Source: Dehalococcoidia bacterium (lineage in GTDB: Bacteria; Chloroflexota; Dehalococcoidia; Lucifugimonadales; UBA3495). Taken from it: 64,000 bases of DNA. The stretch spans positions 50,219 through 114,218 of the forward strand of contig CBDANN010000005.1 of the NCBI GenBank assembly GCA_965197635.1, in the 5' to 3' direction. The first letter of the stretch is position 1; each line of letters starts with the position of its first letter. Made by a program: the position numbers and the translations under genes. The notes below the pieces were generated by a model. The model did not search any database, was not told the DNA's origin, and was given only the letters and a program-made list of their open reading frames with translations. This document shows positions 17,744-27,046 of the stretch, in pieces.

Positions 17744-19297
17744 TCATTCGGCGATGGGGCGCGAAATTATCCACAGGCTCGCGCAAGTGTAGCACACCAT
17801 CAGCGTCAGCATCGGGATTTGACTCAGCAGGGCGGCGCGCTGGCTGGCGTAGATGCGCGTCGCCTGGATGTGGGCCAGGTACACCCCTGCGATGTGTCCG
17901 ACCACGATGGCGGAGATGGAGAAATACCAGATGAAAACCGGCGACAGGATCCCGATGTTGATGATGGCATCCGCCGTGCCAAACAGGTCCCAACCCCAAC
18001 CGAAGGGGTCGGACACCAGCACGATGAATTTCTGGCCGTTGACCAGCAGGAATCCCAGGAAGTGGGCGAAGTGATAGGCCAGCGCGATGGGCAACAGCGA
18101 GAAGGTGAACCGGCGCAACAACCGGCCGGTGTCGGGCTGCGAATGCCCGGATAGCGCTACCATCACCGCGCAGGTGGCGGTGAAGAGCAGCCCGAAAACC
18201 ACGGGCAAACCCAGCACCCCAATCAGATTGGCGACGTACCCGCCCACGCGGGGGGACTGCAGCACGAATTGCGTGCTGAATATCAGCCATTCCGGCGTTG
18301 CCGACAGGCCATCGAAGGACACCGTGGAGAGCAGCAGGACGACGTAAAAAACGACCGTCAGCGTAACCACGCCGAGGCGGTTCAACCCTACGCAGGGCGG
18401 ACGCAGGTTGAACTCCCGTTGCTCCCCGAGCCCTTTACCAGGAGATGCTGCGGCGTAGCACTCGTAGCAATCCACGCAATCGTCCTCGCCGGCTGAACAA
18501 CGGCCGGCGCTGGAGCATCGAGCGCATAGGGATTTCGGCGCCCGCACTTCCGTCATGGAGAACCGCGCCATGAACCCGAACACCACCGTGAACCCCTCGG
18601 CGTTGCGCAGCCAGACGTCGCGGCCGTACCGGTACATGCCCACGAAGTTGTACCCGGTGTAGAGAACGAGGATCCACCCCAGCGCCCGGGGGCCGGCGGC
18701 CTCGGCGGCGACGGTTTCCAGGATGGCGAACCCGACGAATACCAGCACGGCGGGCCAGGGGCCCCAACGACGCGGGTAGCGCCGAAGTCGCCTGGACCGG
18801 AGGCCGGGCGCAATCGATTCGGCAAACCCCCAGGCCACTTTCCACGGATTGACCAGCGCCCACAAGTTGCCGAACAGCGCGGTGAAAAAGCTCAACGCCA
18901 CCCAGAAGGCAACATACACCGCCGCCGGAGCCGGATTTAGCGCGGCTCGCTCCGTGCCGATCAGGGCGCCCAGAATGACGTACGCCGTGAGTATTACTGA
19001 CAGCGTTTTCAGCGTTCCGATGAACCCAGGCATCGCCAGCCACCGTATCGGCGCAAGTCTTAGCAGGTTGTAGCGAGGGTAAGCGCCGTGGGCAGTCCCG
19101 CCACGCAAGAAGACCGCCGCCACCACGAACGACAGGGCCACCGCCGCCGCGCCGGCGATTACGAACAGGGACAACGGCAGCGGCAAATCGTACCGCTCGC
19201 CGAACCCATGAGCCTGGGCAGGGAGCGCGAAGATCGCTCCGAGCAGCAGGGCCAGGCCGGACACGCCGCAAATAAGCAATCCCCGCTGCACCGCCAT
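17744..19297 (-). CDS. polytopic membrane protein with a Cys-rich loop, unknown function
   Basis: Signal-like N-terminus then HGFGERYDLPLPLSLF, at least 10 hydrophobic segments, and the loop CARCSSAGRCSAGEDDCVDCYECY. ATG at 19297 overlaps the upstream stop by 1 nt. Confidence 0.7.
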   Translation of the reverse strand: MAVQRGLLICGVSGLALLLGAIFALPAQAHGFGERYDLPLPLSLFVIAGAAAVALSFVVAAVFLRGGTAHGAYPRYNLLRLAPIRWLAMPGFIGTLKTLSVILTAYVILGALIGTERAALNPAPAAVYVAFWVALSFFTALFGNLWALVNPWKVAWGFAESIAPGLRSRRLRRYPRRWGPWPAVLVFVGFAILETVAAEAAGPRALGWILVLYTGYNFVGMYRYGRDVWLRNAEGFTVVFGFMARFSMTEVRAPKSLCARCSSAGRCSAGEDDCVDCYECYAAASPGKGLGEQREFNLRPPCVGLNRLGVVTLTVVFYVVLLLSTVSFDGLSATPEWLIFSTQFVLQSPRVGGYVANLIGVLGLPVVFGLLFTATCAVMVALSGHSQPDTGRLLRRFTFSLLPIALAYHFAHFLGFLLVNGQKFIVLVSDPFGWGWDLFGTADAIINIGILSPVFIWYFSISAIVVGHIAGVYLAHIQATRIYASQRAALLSQIPMLTLMVCYTCASLWIISRPIAE

Positions 19298-19923
19298 CAC
19301 TGGGTAATCCGCCGCCTTTGCAGGGTGAGCCAGGTCCAGACGCCCACGGCGACGATGATCGCCATTACGGCGACGATCCAAATCCATTGGATTTGCGCCC
19401 CCGGTTCGCCCACATCCAGGGGAAGTAAGAACACTTCCTCACCACGCTCCGAGGACACGGTCATGGACACGTTCCACGAACCCACCGCATCGAAAGGTAC
19501 ATCCACCTCAAAATAGCGCAGGGTCTGTTCGTTCAGTACCTGCTGAGGGCCGAACTTTGGCGAACCGGGAGGGCCGGACGCCTCAACCATCAACCGCACC
19601 TCGGTATCGCGGAGCAGACGCTCATCGGCGTCGTCGAATACCTGAATTGCCAGATGGGTTTGTGGTATTACCGGCCGCGCCGGAATGATACCGACGATAA
19701 CTCGGTAGGGGCCCTGGGTGTGGTTCATGATGATGGTTGACGCGCCGTTGGCCTCCGCGATGCTTGCCCAAAACGCCACGCATAAAACCGCCGCAGCGGT
19801 TCCCATGGCCGCCGCGGCCCGCAATAGCCCCATGACTTGCCCAGATGTCAAACCCAAACGGACCCTGCCGAAATCACGTTCAGAATTTCGCGATGCACGA
19901 TAGTATAACGCCGCAAACGCCAT
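19297..19923 (-). CDS. secreted/anchored protein, possibly FixH/YtkA-like Ig fold
   Basis: Signal peptide (MGLLRAAAAMGTAAAVLCVAFWASIAEA; an alternative start at 19833), a ~120-aa beta-rich region and a C-terminal TM helix. The family call is tentative. Confidence 0.45.
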   Translation of the reverse strand: MAFAALYYRASRNSERDFGRVRLGLTSGQVMGLLRAAAAMGTAAAVLCVAFWASIAEANGASTIIMNHTQGPYRVIVGIIPARPVIPQTHLAIQVFDDADERLLRDTEVRLMVEASGPPGSPKFGPQQVLNEQTLRYFEVDVPFDAVGSWNVSMTVSSERGEEVFLLPLDVGEPGAQIQWIWIVAVMAIIVAVGVWTWLTLQRRRITQ

Positions 19924-20353
19924 CGCTCACACGTACCTGCTGCGGGGTTCGTCAGAATCAGGATTTGCGGGATTGAGGGATTTTCAGGATTGAGTTCTGA
20001 CGACGGGTTCGGGATGAGCGGGTGTGGTGTTGCGGTGGCTTCGCTCCTTTGGGGGTTTTGAGTGGTTGGTCCTTCGGCTGGCTCAGGATGATCGGTGTGA
20101 AAGGCAGGACTTCAGATCGCTGTTTTGCCTAGACATATTTGGGATACATGTTCCGGGCCGGTTGGGTCAACGGGAATATTGTCATCGCATACACCGCTTT
20201 CGGTATAACCGCCATCGCGGCCAGGTGCGCGGTGCGGGGACTGCGATCTCGTTGCCGGTGGTGTCGCGGCCCACCCGGCGAGATTGCCAGGTGGTTCGAC
20301 GGGCCCACCATGAGCCGCAAGCATGTGAATTTAGAAACGCCCTGGTTAGGCGC

Positions 20354-21601
20354 CAGGGCTTGTGCAAAGTCCGAATTACACGGATGTAATGAGTTTCAAG
20401 GCTTCGCTCCATTGGGCGGCATAGCGACGGCGTTGCTGTGGCACGTTGTTGACTCCCCGGCGCAGCAATAGGGCTAGGACCAGGTTGTTGATCGCCGCCA
20501 TCATGCGTTGAGCGTGGCCCAGCCTCAGATGACACCAGTCCTCGCGCAGGGTCTCGTCACGCCGGTAATGCAGCCCGTTTTCGATGTTCCAGTGTCCCCG
20601 GACCATGGCCAGCAGCTGTTGCGGGTTGGCTTGCTCCGGCCCCAGGCTGGTTATCCCATAGACCGTATCGTGGGTTAGCTCGCCCCGCTTGACGTGCTCG
20701 GTGCGCCGGTCCACGCGGAAAACCTGTTGCAGATAGGGCCAGTCCAAGTACTCATTCAGGCCAGCGCTGGCCCGCAGGTGGCGTTGCTCAATGCGACCGT
20801 GCCCTTTTTCCACCGTCCCCGCCTCCGGCACACTTTCCGGTTCGTTGGCAAAAAACGTGGCGATGTCGTCGTGCAGTTGGGGTTGGTTATCTTTCACTGG
20901 CCAAAGGTATTCTCCCCCGGCCGCCACCACTTGCGCCGAAAGGTCCCGCTGGGTCAGCATGGCGTCGCCGCTGACCACCTTGCCCCGCAAGTCGATAGCT
21001 TCCAGCAGCCGCGGGGCTGCCTTGATCTCATTTTCCTTGCCGTCCACCTCCACCTGGGCCAGCACTACTCCTTCGCCAGGAAGGTAGGCGGCCATCAGAT
21101 GCGTGCCCCGGGTCTGCCCCGCCGCGATGCTGCCCCGCAAGGTTTTGCCGTCTATGGTTACCTGAACCAACTGTCCATCGGTCCGGTTCTGGGCCAAGAA
21201 TTCCCCCATCGTCCGCTCCAGCGCCTCAACCGACAGCGTTGCGCCCAGGTGTAAGTCGTGCGATGCGGCGCCTGGGGGCGCGGCAACCCCAAAGCTTGGG
21301 CCAGCGCTTCCTTGCGGTGCCACACCCATTCCGCAATGCCCGTCAGCCGGTCTTCCCCAGCCAGTTTGCCCAACAGGACAAATACCAGGATGTGAACCAG
21401 GCGGTAACGTACGCCACGTGTCGCGACGGTCTTCCAGGCGCGGTTCGACCCAGATCCACCAGGAACCCCCTTACCCTGATCCTCAGGACAGACAACAGCG
21501 GCTGGGCTACAATCCAACGGCCTTCCTCCTTCAGATAGGTGCGTGTAATCCCTATCTATGAGGAAGGCTCGTTTATGTCAATCAACTTTGCACAAGCCCT
21601 G
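20354..21601 (-). mobile_element. ISAs1-family IS
   Basis: TIRs CAGGGCTTGTGCAAAGT (20354-20370) and ACTTTGCACAAGCCCTG (21585-21601). 9-bp TSD GTTAGGCGC at 20345-20353 and 21602-21610. Confidence 0.9.
20376..21517 (-). pseudogene. ISAs1-family transposase, one frameshift near 21240-21330
   Basis: VRYRLVHILVFVLLGKLAGEDRLTGIAEW (N-terminal frame), then IDGKTLRGS...VSGDAMLTQRDL...WPVKDNQPQL...GHGRIEQR...VRGHWNIENGLHYRRDETLRED. Confidence 0.85.
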
Positions 21602-21674
21602 GTTAGGCGCCACCAATGTTGACACCCATATCGGTTATTGGTAGCCTGAATTTGCGCGTGATGCGCCGACGGAT

Positions 21675-21750
21675 GGCCCGCTAGCTCAACTGGCAGAGCA
21701 GCTGACTCTTAATCAGCAGGTTCTCGGTTCGACCCCGAGGCGGGTCACCA
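21675..21750 (+). tRNA. tRNA-Lys (anticodon CTT)
   Basis: Acceptor GGCCCGC/GCGGGTC, anticodon loop CT-CTT-AA, T-arm CTCGGTTCGACCCCGAG, encoded CCA. Confidence 0.9.
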
Positions 21751-21808
21751 TTTCTTTTTAACCAAGTGGTGTTTGTGCCGGCCCGGTTCGACCGGGCCGG
21801 TGGTTTCT

Positions 21809-21893
21809 GGGGAAGTGTCGGAATTGGCAGACGAGCATGACTTAGGATCATGTGCCCTTGGGCGTGCGGGTTCGAGTCCCGCCTTCCCCACCA
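21809..21893 (+). tRNA. tRNA-Leu (anticodon TAG)
   Basis: Acceptor GGGGAAG/CTTCCCC, anticodon loop CT-TAG-GA, long variable arm, T-arm CGGGTTCGAGTCCCG, encoded CCA. Confidence 0.9.
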
Positions 21894-21903
21894 GCATCGC
21901 TAG

Positions 21904-22033
21904 TCTTAATCAGCAGGTTCTCGGTTCGACCCCGAGGCGGGTCACCATTTCTTTTTAACCAAGTGGTGTTTGTGCCGGCCCGGTTCGACCGGGCCGGTGG
22001 TTTCTGGGGAAGTGTCGGAATTGGCAGACGAGC
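21904..22033 (+). repeat. perfect 130-bp direct repeat of 21707-21836 (3' half of tRNA-Lys + spacer + first 28 nt of tRNA-Leu)
   Basis: Base-by-base identical by eye, at an offset of 197 bp. It starts in the tRNA-Lys anticodon loop and ends just before the tRNA-Leu anticodon stem. Confidence 0.9.
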
Positions 22034-22165
22034 CGACCTATCCGATGCCTCAACCGAGCCGACGCTGGCGCACCATTCCGAGAATACTGTTCTCTGTTGA
22101 GCGTTGGCGCAGGCTGCGGTATAGTCTGCGGTGATGCTACGCCGCCTGGCGGCGGGAGGTTTGCA

Positions 22166-22981
22166 ATGATATACGGCGCGATAACCAATTCCTGGCGAAA
22201 TCAGCTCGGGGGCACTGAACTGGGCGACCTTATTGCCGAAGCGCAATCTCGTGGCGCTCGGCATATTGAGTTGCGACAAACCTGCCTGGCCGCCGCCGAA
22301 ACCGGCGAGGGCGACGATTGGCGTCCCAACCTGGAAACGTTGGCTGAGGTGGTAGTGCGTTTCCCTGACCTGACCTTCGACTTGGCGGTTGCTCTGCCCT
22401 GCATCACCACCGACATCGACCCGCAGGGAGGGTTGTACCAGTCGCAACTGGAAGCGGCCCGCTTGGTGGGCGGCGGCGCGCCGCATCTGCGCACCGTTGA
22501 CCCCGCTACCGACGCCACCCCCTGGGAAACTCCCACCGACGTTGCGGAGTCGGCGGACCGTATCGTGCCGCTGGTGCGCGAGGCGGCGCGGCAGGGCGTT
22601 ATCTTCTCCATGGAAAACTCCGGCCAGCCCCTGCGCTCCATGGCCCTGCTGGTGAGCCAGGCGCGGGCGCAGTTGACCGACGAAGAAGGTCTGTACCTGG
22701 GTTTGTGTCCCGACCCAACCAACCAGTTGCGGCGGCACCCCGACAGCAACCCTTTGGATGAACTGGCAAACCTGCCGGTCGATTACATCAAAATCGTCCA
22801 CTTCAAACAGGCGCGCGACGGCGTCGGCATCGGCAGCGTCGACGACGGCGACCTGGACTGTCGGGCCATGCGGCGCATCCTGGAGGGCAAAACCTACGCC
22901 GGCGCTGCCGTAATGGAGATTCCGTCGGGCGACGACGTGTTCGACAACCTGGCCGCCAGCTTCGCTTACCTGGACGCCTGA
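22166..22981 (+). CDS. sugar phosphate isomerase/epimerase (xylose-isomerase-like TIM barrel)
   Basis: GARHIELRQ..., VIFSMENSG, IKIVHFKQ and AAVMEIP fit the AP-endonuclease-2/xylose-isomerase-like barrel pattern. SD GGGAGG lies before the ATG at 22166. Confidence 0.75.
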   Translation: MIYGAITNSWRNQLGGTELGDLIAEAQSRGARHIELRQTCLAAAETGEGDDWRPNLETLAEVVVRFPDLTFDLAVALPCITTDIDPQGGLYQSQLEAARLVGGGAPHLRTVDPATDATPWETPTDVAESADRIVPLVREAARQGVIFSMENSGQPLRSMALLVSQARAQLTDEEGLYLGLCPDPTNQLRRHPDSNPLDELANLPVDYIKIVHFKQARDGVGIGSVDDGDLDCRAMRRILEGKTYAGAAVMEIPSGDDVFDNLAASFAYLDA

Positions 22982-22992
22982 CGGCCTTGCGC

Positions 22993-23024
22993 TGTCATTG
23001 CGAGCGGAGCGCGGCAATCTCGTC
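22993..23024. repeat. half copy of the GTCATTGCGAGCG...GCAATCTCG palindromic repeat
   Basis: TGTCATTGCGAGCGGAGCGCGGCAATCTCGTC matches the left arm of the element at 25806-25914. Confidence 0.6.
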
Positions 23025-23040
23025 GGCGTAGCAAGCCTCG

Positions 23041-24387
23041 ATGCAAAACCACAGCGACTACACCGTTTCGATCCATTACGACCGGCGCCTCTACCGGGAG
23101 GACATCGCCGGTTCTAAAGCCCACGCCGCCATGTTGGCGAAGCAAGGCATCATTGCGTCCGAAGACGCCGACGCCATCATCGCCGGCCTGGGAAAGGTGC
23201 AAGACGAAATCGAGTGCGGCGAGTTTCCCTGGGATCCCGCGCTGGAAGACTTGCACATGAACATCGAACGGCGGCTGACCGATCTCATCGGTGTCGCCGC
23301 CGGGCGTCTGCACACCGGGCGTTCCCGCAACGACCAGATTGCGCTGGATATGCGCCTGTACACCCGGCAGGTTATCGTCGATACGGTAGGCGGCTTGCGC
23401 GGCGTGCAGCAGGCATTGGTCACTCTGGCGGAACGGTACCGCGACGCCGTGATGCCCGGCTACACCCACCTCCAACGCGCTCAGCCGGTGCTGTTTGCCC
23501 ATCACATGCTGGCCTACTTTGAGATGCTGGAGCGGGACATCGGCAGGTTCTGCGATTGCGCCTTACGTATGGACGTGCTGCCCCTGGGCAGCGGCGCGCT
23601 GGCCGGCGTTCCGTATCCCACTGACCGTCACGCCGTGGCCGAATCGCTGGGGTTCGGCACAATCAGTCCCAACAGCATGGACGCCGTGGCCGACCGGGAT
23701 TTCCTCGCCGAGTACCACGCCGCCGCCGCCATCGCCATGATGCACCTTTCCCGTCTGTCCGAGGAGATCGTCGTTTGGTCCAGCCGCGAGTTCGACTTCG
23801 TGCGTCTGTCCGATGAATTCACCACCGGCAGCAGTATCATGCCCCAGAAGCGAAACCCCGATTTCGCGGAGATAGCGCGGGGCAAAACCGGAAGGGTCTA
23901 TGGCGGTTTGATGAGCATTCTCACCGTTCTGAAAGGGTTGCCCCTCACCTACAACCGCGATCTGCAAGAGGACAAGGAGGGGTTCTTCGACACGGTGGAC
24001 ACCCTCTTGGCGACGCTGTCGGTGTTTGCCGATATGCTGCCCGGGATGGAACTGAACACCGAGCGCGTTGAGTCGCTGGCCGGGGAGAGCTATATGCTGG
24101 CGACCGACCTTGCCGACTACCTGGTGGGCAAGGGCGTTCCCTTCCGCGAGGCCCACGGCGTGATGCGTCGGCTCTGCCGGCATTGTGAAGCCGAAGGCGC
24201 CGGGTTGTCCGAATTGCCTCTGGCCCAATACCAGGCGTTCTCGCCCCACTTTGACGACGACGTGTACGCCATCACCGCAGTCGCGTCGGTGGCGGCTCGG
24301 GACAATCCCGGCGGCACGGCCCCCAACCGGGTCGCGGAGGGATTGCGACGGGCCAAAGGCATCCTGGCGAAGGCCGACCCACGATGA
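23041..24387 (+). CDS. argH: argininosuccinate lyase
   Basis: SRNDQIALDMRLY, GYTHLQRAQP, GSSIMPQKRNPD. The N-terminus is about 12 aa shorter than canonical ArgH and lacks the WGGRF motif. Confidence 0.9.
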   Translation: MQNHSDYTVSIHYDRRLYREDIAGSKAHAAMLAKQGIIASEDADAIIAGLGKVQDEIECGEFPWDPALEDLHMNIERRLTDLIGVAAGRLHTGRSRNDQIALDMRLYTRQVIVDTVGGLRGVQQALVTLAERYRDAVMPGYTHLQRAQPVLFAHHMLAYFEMLERDIGRFCDCALRMDVLPLGSGALAGVPYPTDRHAVAESLGFGTISPNSMDAVADRDFLAEYHAAAAIAMMHLSRLSEEIVVWSSREFDFVRLSDEFTTGSSIMPQKRNPDFAEIARGKTGRVYGGLMSILTVLKGLPLTYNRDLQEDKEGFFDTVDTLLATLSVFADMLPGMELNTERVESLAGESYMLATDLADYLVGKGVPFREAHGVMRRLCRHCEAEGAGLSELPLAQYQAFSPHFDDDVYAITAVASVAARDNPGGTAPNRVAEGLRRAKGILAKADPR

Positions 24388-25082
24388 CTGCGACCGACGC
24401 CCACGTTCAGATCGCGCCCTCCGTGTTGGCGGCGGACTTTGGCCGGCTGGCTCAACAGGTACGGGACGCGGAGGCGGCCGGCGCCGATTTGATCCATGTG
24501 GACGTGATGGACGGCAGGTTCGTGCCTAACATTTCGTTTGGAGAGGTGGTGGTGGATGCCATTCGCAGCGCCACCAGCCTGCCTTTGAACCTGCACCTGA
24601 TGGTACATGAGCCAGACCGCCTGCTGCCCGGTCTGGTGAAGGGCATTACCGATCAGGTCCTGGTACATGCGGAAGCTTGTACCCATCTGCACCGCACCGT
24701 GGGTTACATCAAGGAACAGGGTTGCCAGGTAGGCGTTGCCATCAACCCGGCCACGCCGGTGTCGGCGGTGGAGGAAGTGCTGGCCGACTTGGATATTGTG
24801 CTGGTGATGACGGTGAACCCTGGTTTCGGCGGGCAGTCGTTTATCCCGTCGGCCCTGGGAAAGCTGCGCCGGCTTTACCGTACCATCGAGGAAAACGGGT
24901 ACGACGTACAGTTGGAAGTGGACGGTGGAGTAAAGGCCGACGCCACGGCACAGGATTCAGTTACGGCTGGCGCGGAAATCCTGGTGGCCGGCACCGCCAT
25001 TTTCAACCGGGAGCAGTCGGTGGCGGAGGCTATGGCCGCGCTGCGGGCCAGCGTGGCGGGATTGAGACCCAGAGACGTTTAG
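24384..25082 (+). CDS. rpe: ribulose-phosphate 3-epimerase
   Basis: IAPSVLAADFGRLAQQV...DLIHVDVMDGRFVPNISFG...MTVNPGFGGQSF...VDGGV. ATGA overlap with argH. Confidence 0.9.
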   Translation: MTATDAHVQIAPSVLAADFGRLAQQVRDAEAAGADLIHVDVMDGRFVPNISFGEVVVDAIRSATSLPLNLHLMVHEPDRLLPGLVKGITDQVLVHAEACTHLHRTVGYIKEQGCQVGVAINPATPVSAVEEVLADLDIVLVMTVNPGFGGQSFIPSALGKLRRLYRTIEENGYDVQLEVDGGVKADATAQDSVTAGAEILVAGTAIFNREQSVAEAMAALRASVAGLRPRDV

Positions 25083-25092
25083 GGGCGAACAA

Positions 25093-25311
25093 TCATTCGC
25101 CCCTGCTGTCGTTGCCGTTTCGCAGCTCCTCGCGTATTTCCGCTAGCCCGGCTTTGGGCGCCGCATCTGGATTTTGCGCGAATCTGGCCTCAATTCGGTC
25201 CAGCAACTCCCTGTCCCGCCGGGCTCTCATCTTAGCGCTTTCGTTCCATGCCCAGAATACCAATCTCGCACCTCCCTCCAGAGTGAATACGGCCATCCCG
25301 TAGAGCGCCAT
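25093..25311 (-). CDS. hypothetical small protein
   Basis: 72-aa ORF with a hydrophobic N-terminus and a charged C-terminus. Confidence 0.35.
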   Translation of the reverse strand: MALYGMAVFTLEGGARLVFWAWNESAKMRARRDRELLDRIEARFAQNPDAAPKAGLAEIREELRNGNDSRGE

Positions 25312-25511
25312 TCCCCAAGCTGGTCATTCCGGCGACGGGAATTCAGTGATGCCAGAATTGCCACGTACTCTGCCCGGTAAAAACGGATAGCAACAACGTT
25401 GTTATCGCGGCCCCGAACGGCGCTATGACGGTATGCGTTCTCTGCCAATGTTCCCGGGACGACCTGAACAGTCGCCTCAGGTATTCCATTGCAGCGCGTC
25501 CCGCTCCGTAA

Positions 25512-25724
25512 CTATGCTGCGGCCCGCGTCCGTGCCTTGGGACCCCGAGGGGGTTTGTACATCGTGCGTAGGCAACGCGAGCAGATTTTCACTCTCGTGG
25601 GTTTGCCGTCGATGGCAAGCGTCTGCTTATGAACGTTGGCCTTCCACCGCGTCTTGGTCCTCCGGTTCGAGTGGCTAACGTTGTTGCCGGTCATGCCGGC
25701 TTTTCCGCACACTTGGCACTGCAT
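25512..25724 (-). CDS. rpmB: 50S ribosomal protein L28
   Basis: MQCQVCGKAGMTGNNVSHSNRRTKTRWKANV is the L28 signature. Confidence 0.9.
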   Translation of the reverse strand: MQCQVCGKAGMTGNNVSHSNRRTKTRWKANVHKQTLAIDGKPTRVKICSRCLRTMYKPPRGPKARTRAAA

Positions 25725-25805
25725 AATCTCTGTCCTGTTTTGCTAGTCCACGCATTATAGCATAGACGACCGGAAAACTGACCAATGTCGGTTACGGACC
25801 CGGTT

Positions 25806-25914
25806 TGTCATTGCGAGCGTAGCGTTGCAATCTCGTCAGTGTAGAACAGGTGGTTGACTGGGAGCGTCAGCATCGAAACGAGATTGCCACGTCGCTATGC
25901 TCCTTACAATGACA
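25806..25914. repeat. REP-like long imperfect palindrome
   Basis: TGTCATTGCGAGCGTAGCGTTGCAATCTCGT ... ACGAGATTGCCACGTCGCTATGCTCCTTACAATGACA: ~31-bp arms around a ~45-nt loop. Confidence 0.7.
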
Positions 25915-26038
25915 TCTGAAAGTGGGTGCGAGTGGGGGCAAATGTTTGTTGCGCAGCCCCCGGTCAGTGCGTCATAATGCCGTCGTCTAGGGCTATTCGG
26001 GACTCACCCCCACCGGCGGGACACAGGAGGGACACCTT

Positions 26039-26992
26039 ATGCCTCAAGCTGGAATACCATCGGAACAGGAGGTGCTGGGCTGGTTTGACAGCCTGTCCAA
26101 CTGGGGACGGTGGGGCGATGACGACGAACTGGGCACCCCGAACCTCATCACGTCGGAAAAGACGCGGGCCGCTCTGGCGACGGTTGAGGAAGGACTTTGC
26201 GTTTCGCTCTCGCGGGACGTAACCTGGGATCCTGAGGTGGACGTGCCGGCCCCGCCGGTGCATTATATGGTGGAAAGCGGCGAGGGTTGGGCCACCGGCG
26301 ACAAGGTGTCGTCGCGAGCCTCGGCCGTGGCCATGGACTACATCGGGATGATTTTCCATGGGGTTTCCGTCACCCACGTGGACAGCCTGGCCCATTTCTT
26401 CTGGGACGGCAAGACCTACAACGGGAAACCGGCTCACATGGTGTCCACCAGTCTTGGAGCCACGGTATGCTCGGTCGAGCAGGCCAAAAACGGGTTCATC
26501 ACCCGTGGCGTGCTGGTGGATGTTCCCCTGGTGCGCGGCATCGATTGGGTTGAGCGCGGCGAGGGGGTGATGCCCGACGACATCCTGGCAGCCGAGGAAC
26601 GGTGCGGCTTCCGCATTGAAGCCGGCGACGTACTGCTGGTGCGGACCGGCCAACTGCGCCGGCGCGGGGTCGAAGGGCCGGTGCCAAGGGAAGCCGGATC
26701 AACCGCCTGCCAGGCGGCCTGCCTGCCCTTGTTCAAGGAACGGGACATCGCCGTTCTGGGGTCGGACACCGGAAATGACGTGAACCCGCCCCAGTATCCC
26801 GGCCAACTCACCAACCCGGTGCATCAGGTTGCGATCACAGCGATGGGCCTGTGGATCCTGGATAACGCCAACCTGGAAGAAGTCTCCGAAGCCTGCCGGG
26901 AACGCAACCGTTGGACGTTTATGGTGAGCATCAACCCGTTGCGTTTGCAGAACACAACAGGGTCCCCGGTTAACCCCGTGGCGGTGTTCTGA
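26039..26992 (+). CDS. cyclase-family protein (kynurenine-formamidase-like fold)
   Basis: GTPNLIT..., HVDSLAHFFWDGKTYNG, GVLVDVP, LLVRTG. Confidence 0.8.
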   Translation: MPQAGIPSEQEVLGWFDSLSNWGRWGDDDELGTPNLITSEKTRAALATVEEGLCVSLSRDVTWDPEVDVPAPPVHYMVESGEGWATGDKVSSRASAVAMDYIGMIFHGVSVTHVDSLAHFFWDGKTYNGKPAHMVSTSLGATVCSVEQAKNGFITRGVLVDVPLVRGIDWVERGEGVMPDDILAAEERCGFRIEAGDVLLVRTGQLRRRGVEGPVPREAGSTACQAACLPLFKERDIAVLGSDTGNDVNPPQYPGQLTNPVHQVAITAMGLWILDNANLEEVSEACRERNRWTFMVSINPLRLQNTTGSPVNPVAVF

Positions 26993-27046
26993 TGGCTGTC
27001 AGATGACGCCGGCCGCAAAAATAACTAAACACGCTCGAGAAGGTCA

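Noticed and set aside
19950-20008. Hairpin TCGTCAGAA...TTCTGACGA enclosing AGGATT/GGGATT repeats, considered as a regulatory RNA or MITE
   Set aside because: It is a single copy in the window with no TSD. It lies in the upstream region of the 19923 gene, so it may be a simple structured leader. There is not enough evidence to call it.
21904-22033. Additional functional tRNA genes after tRNA-Leu
   Set aside because: The copies are truncated: only the 3' half of tRNA-Lys and the first 28 nt of tRNA-Leu. Neither can fold into a cloverleaf.
21848-23017. 389-aa minus-strand ORF running across tRNA-Leu, the tRNA repeat and the isomerase gene
   Set aside because: It overlaps tRNA genes and a plus-strand gene that has an SD. 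It is a GC-rich antisense artefact.
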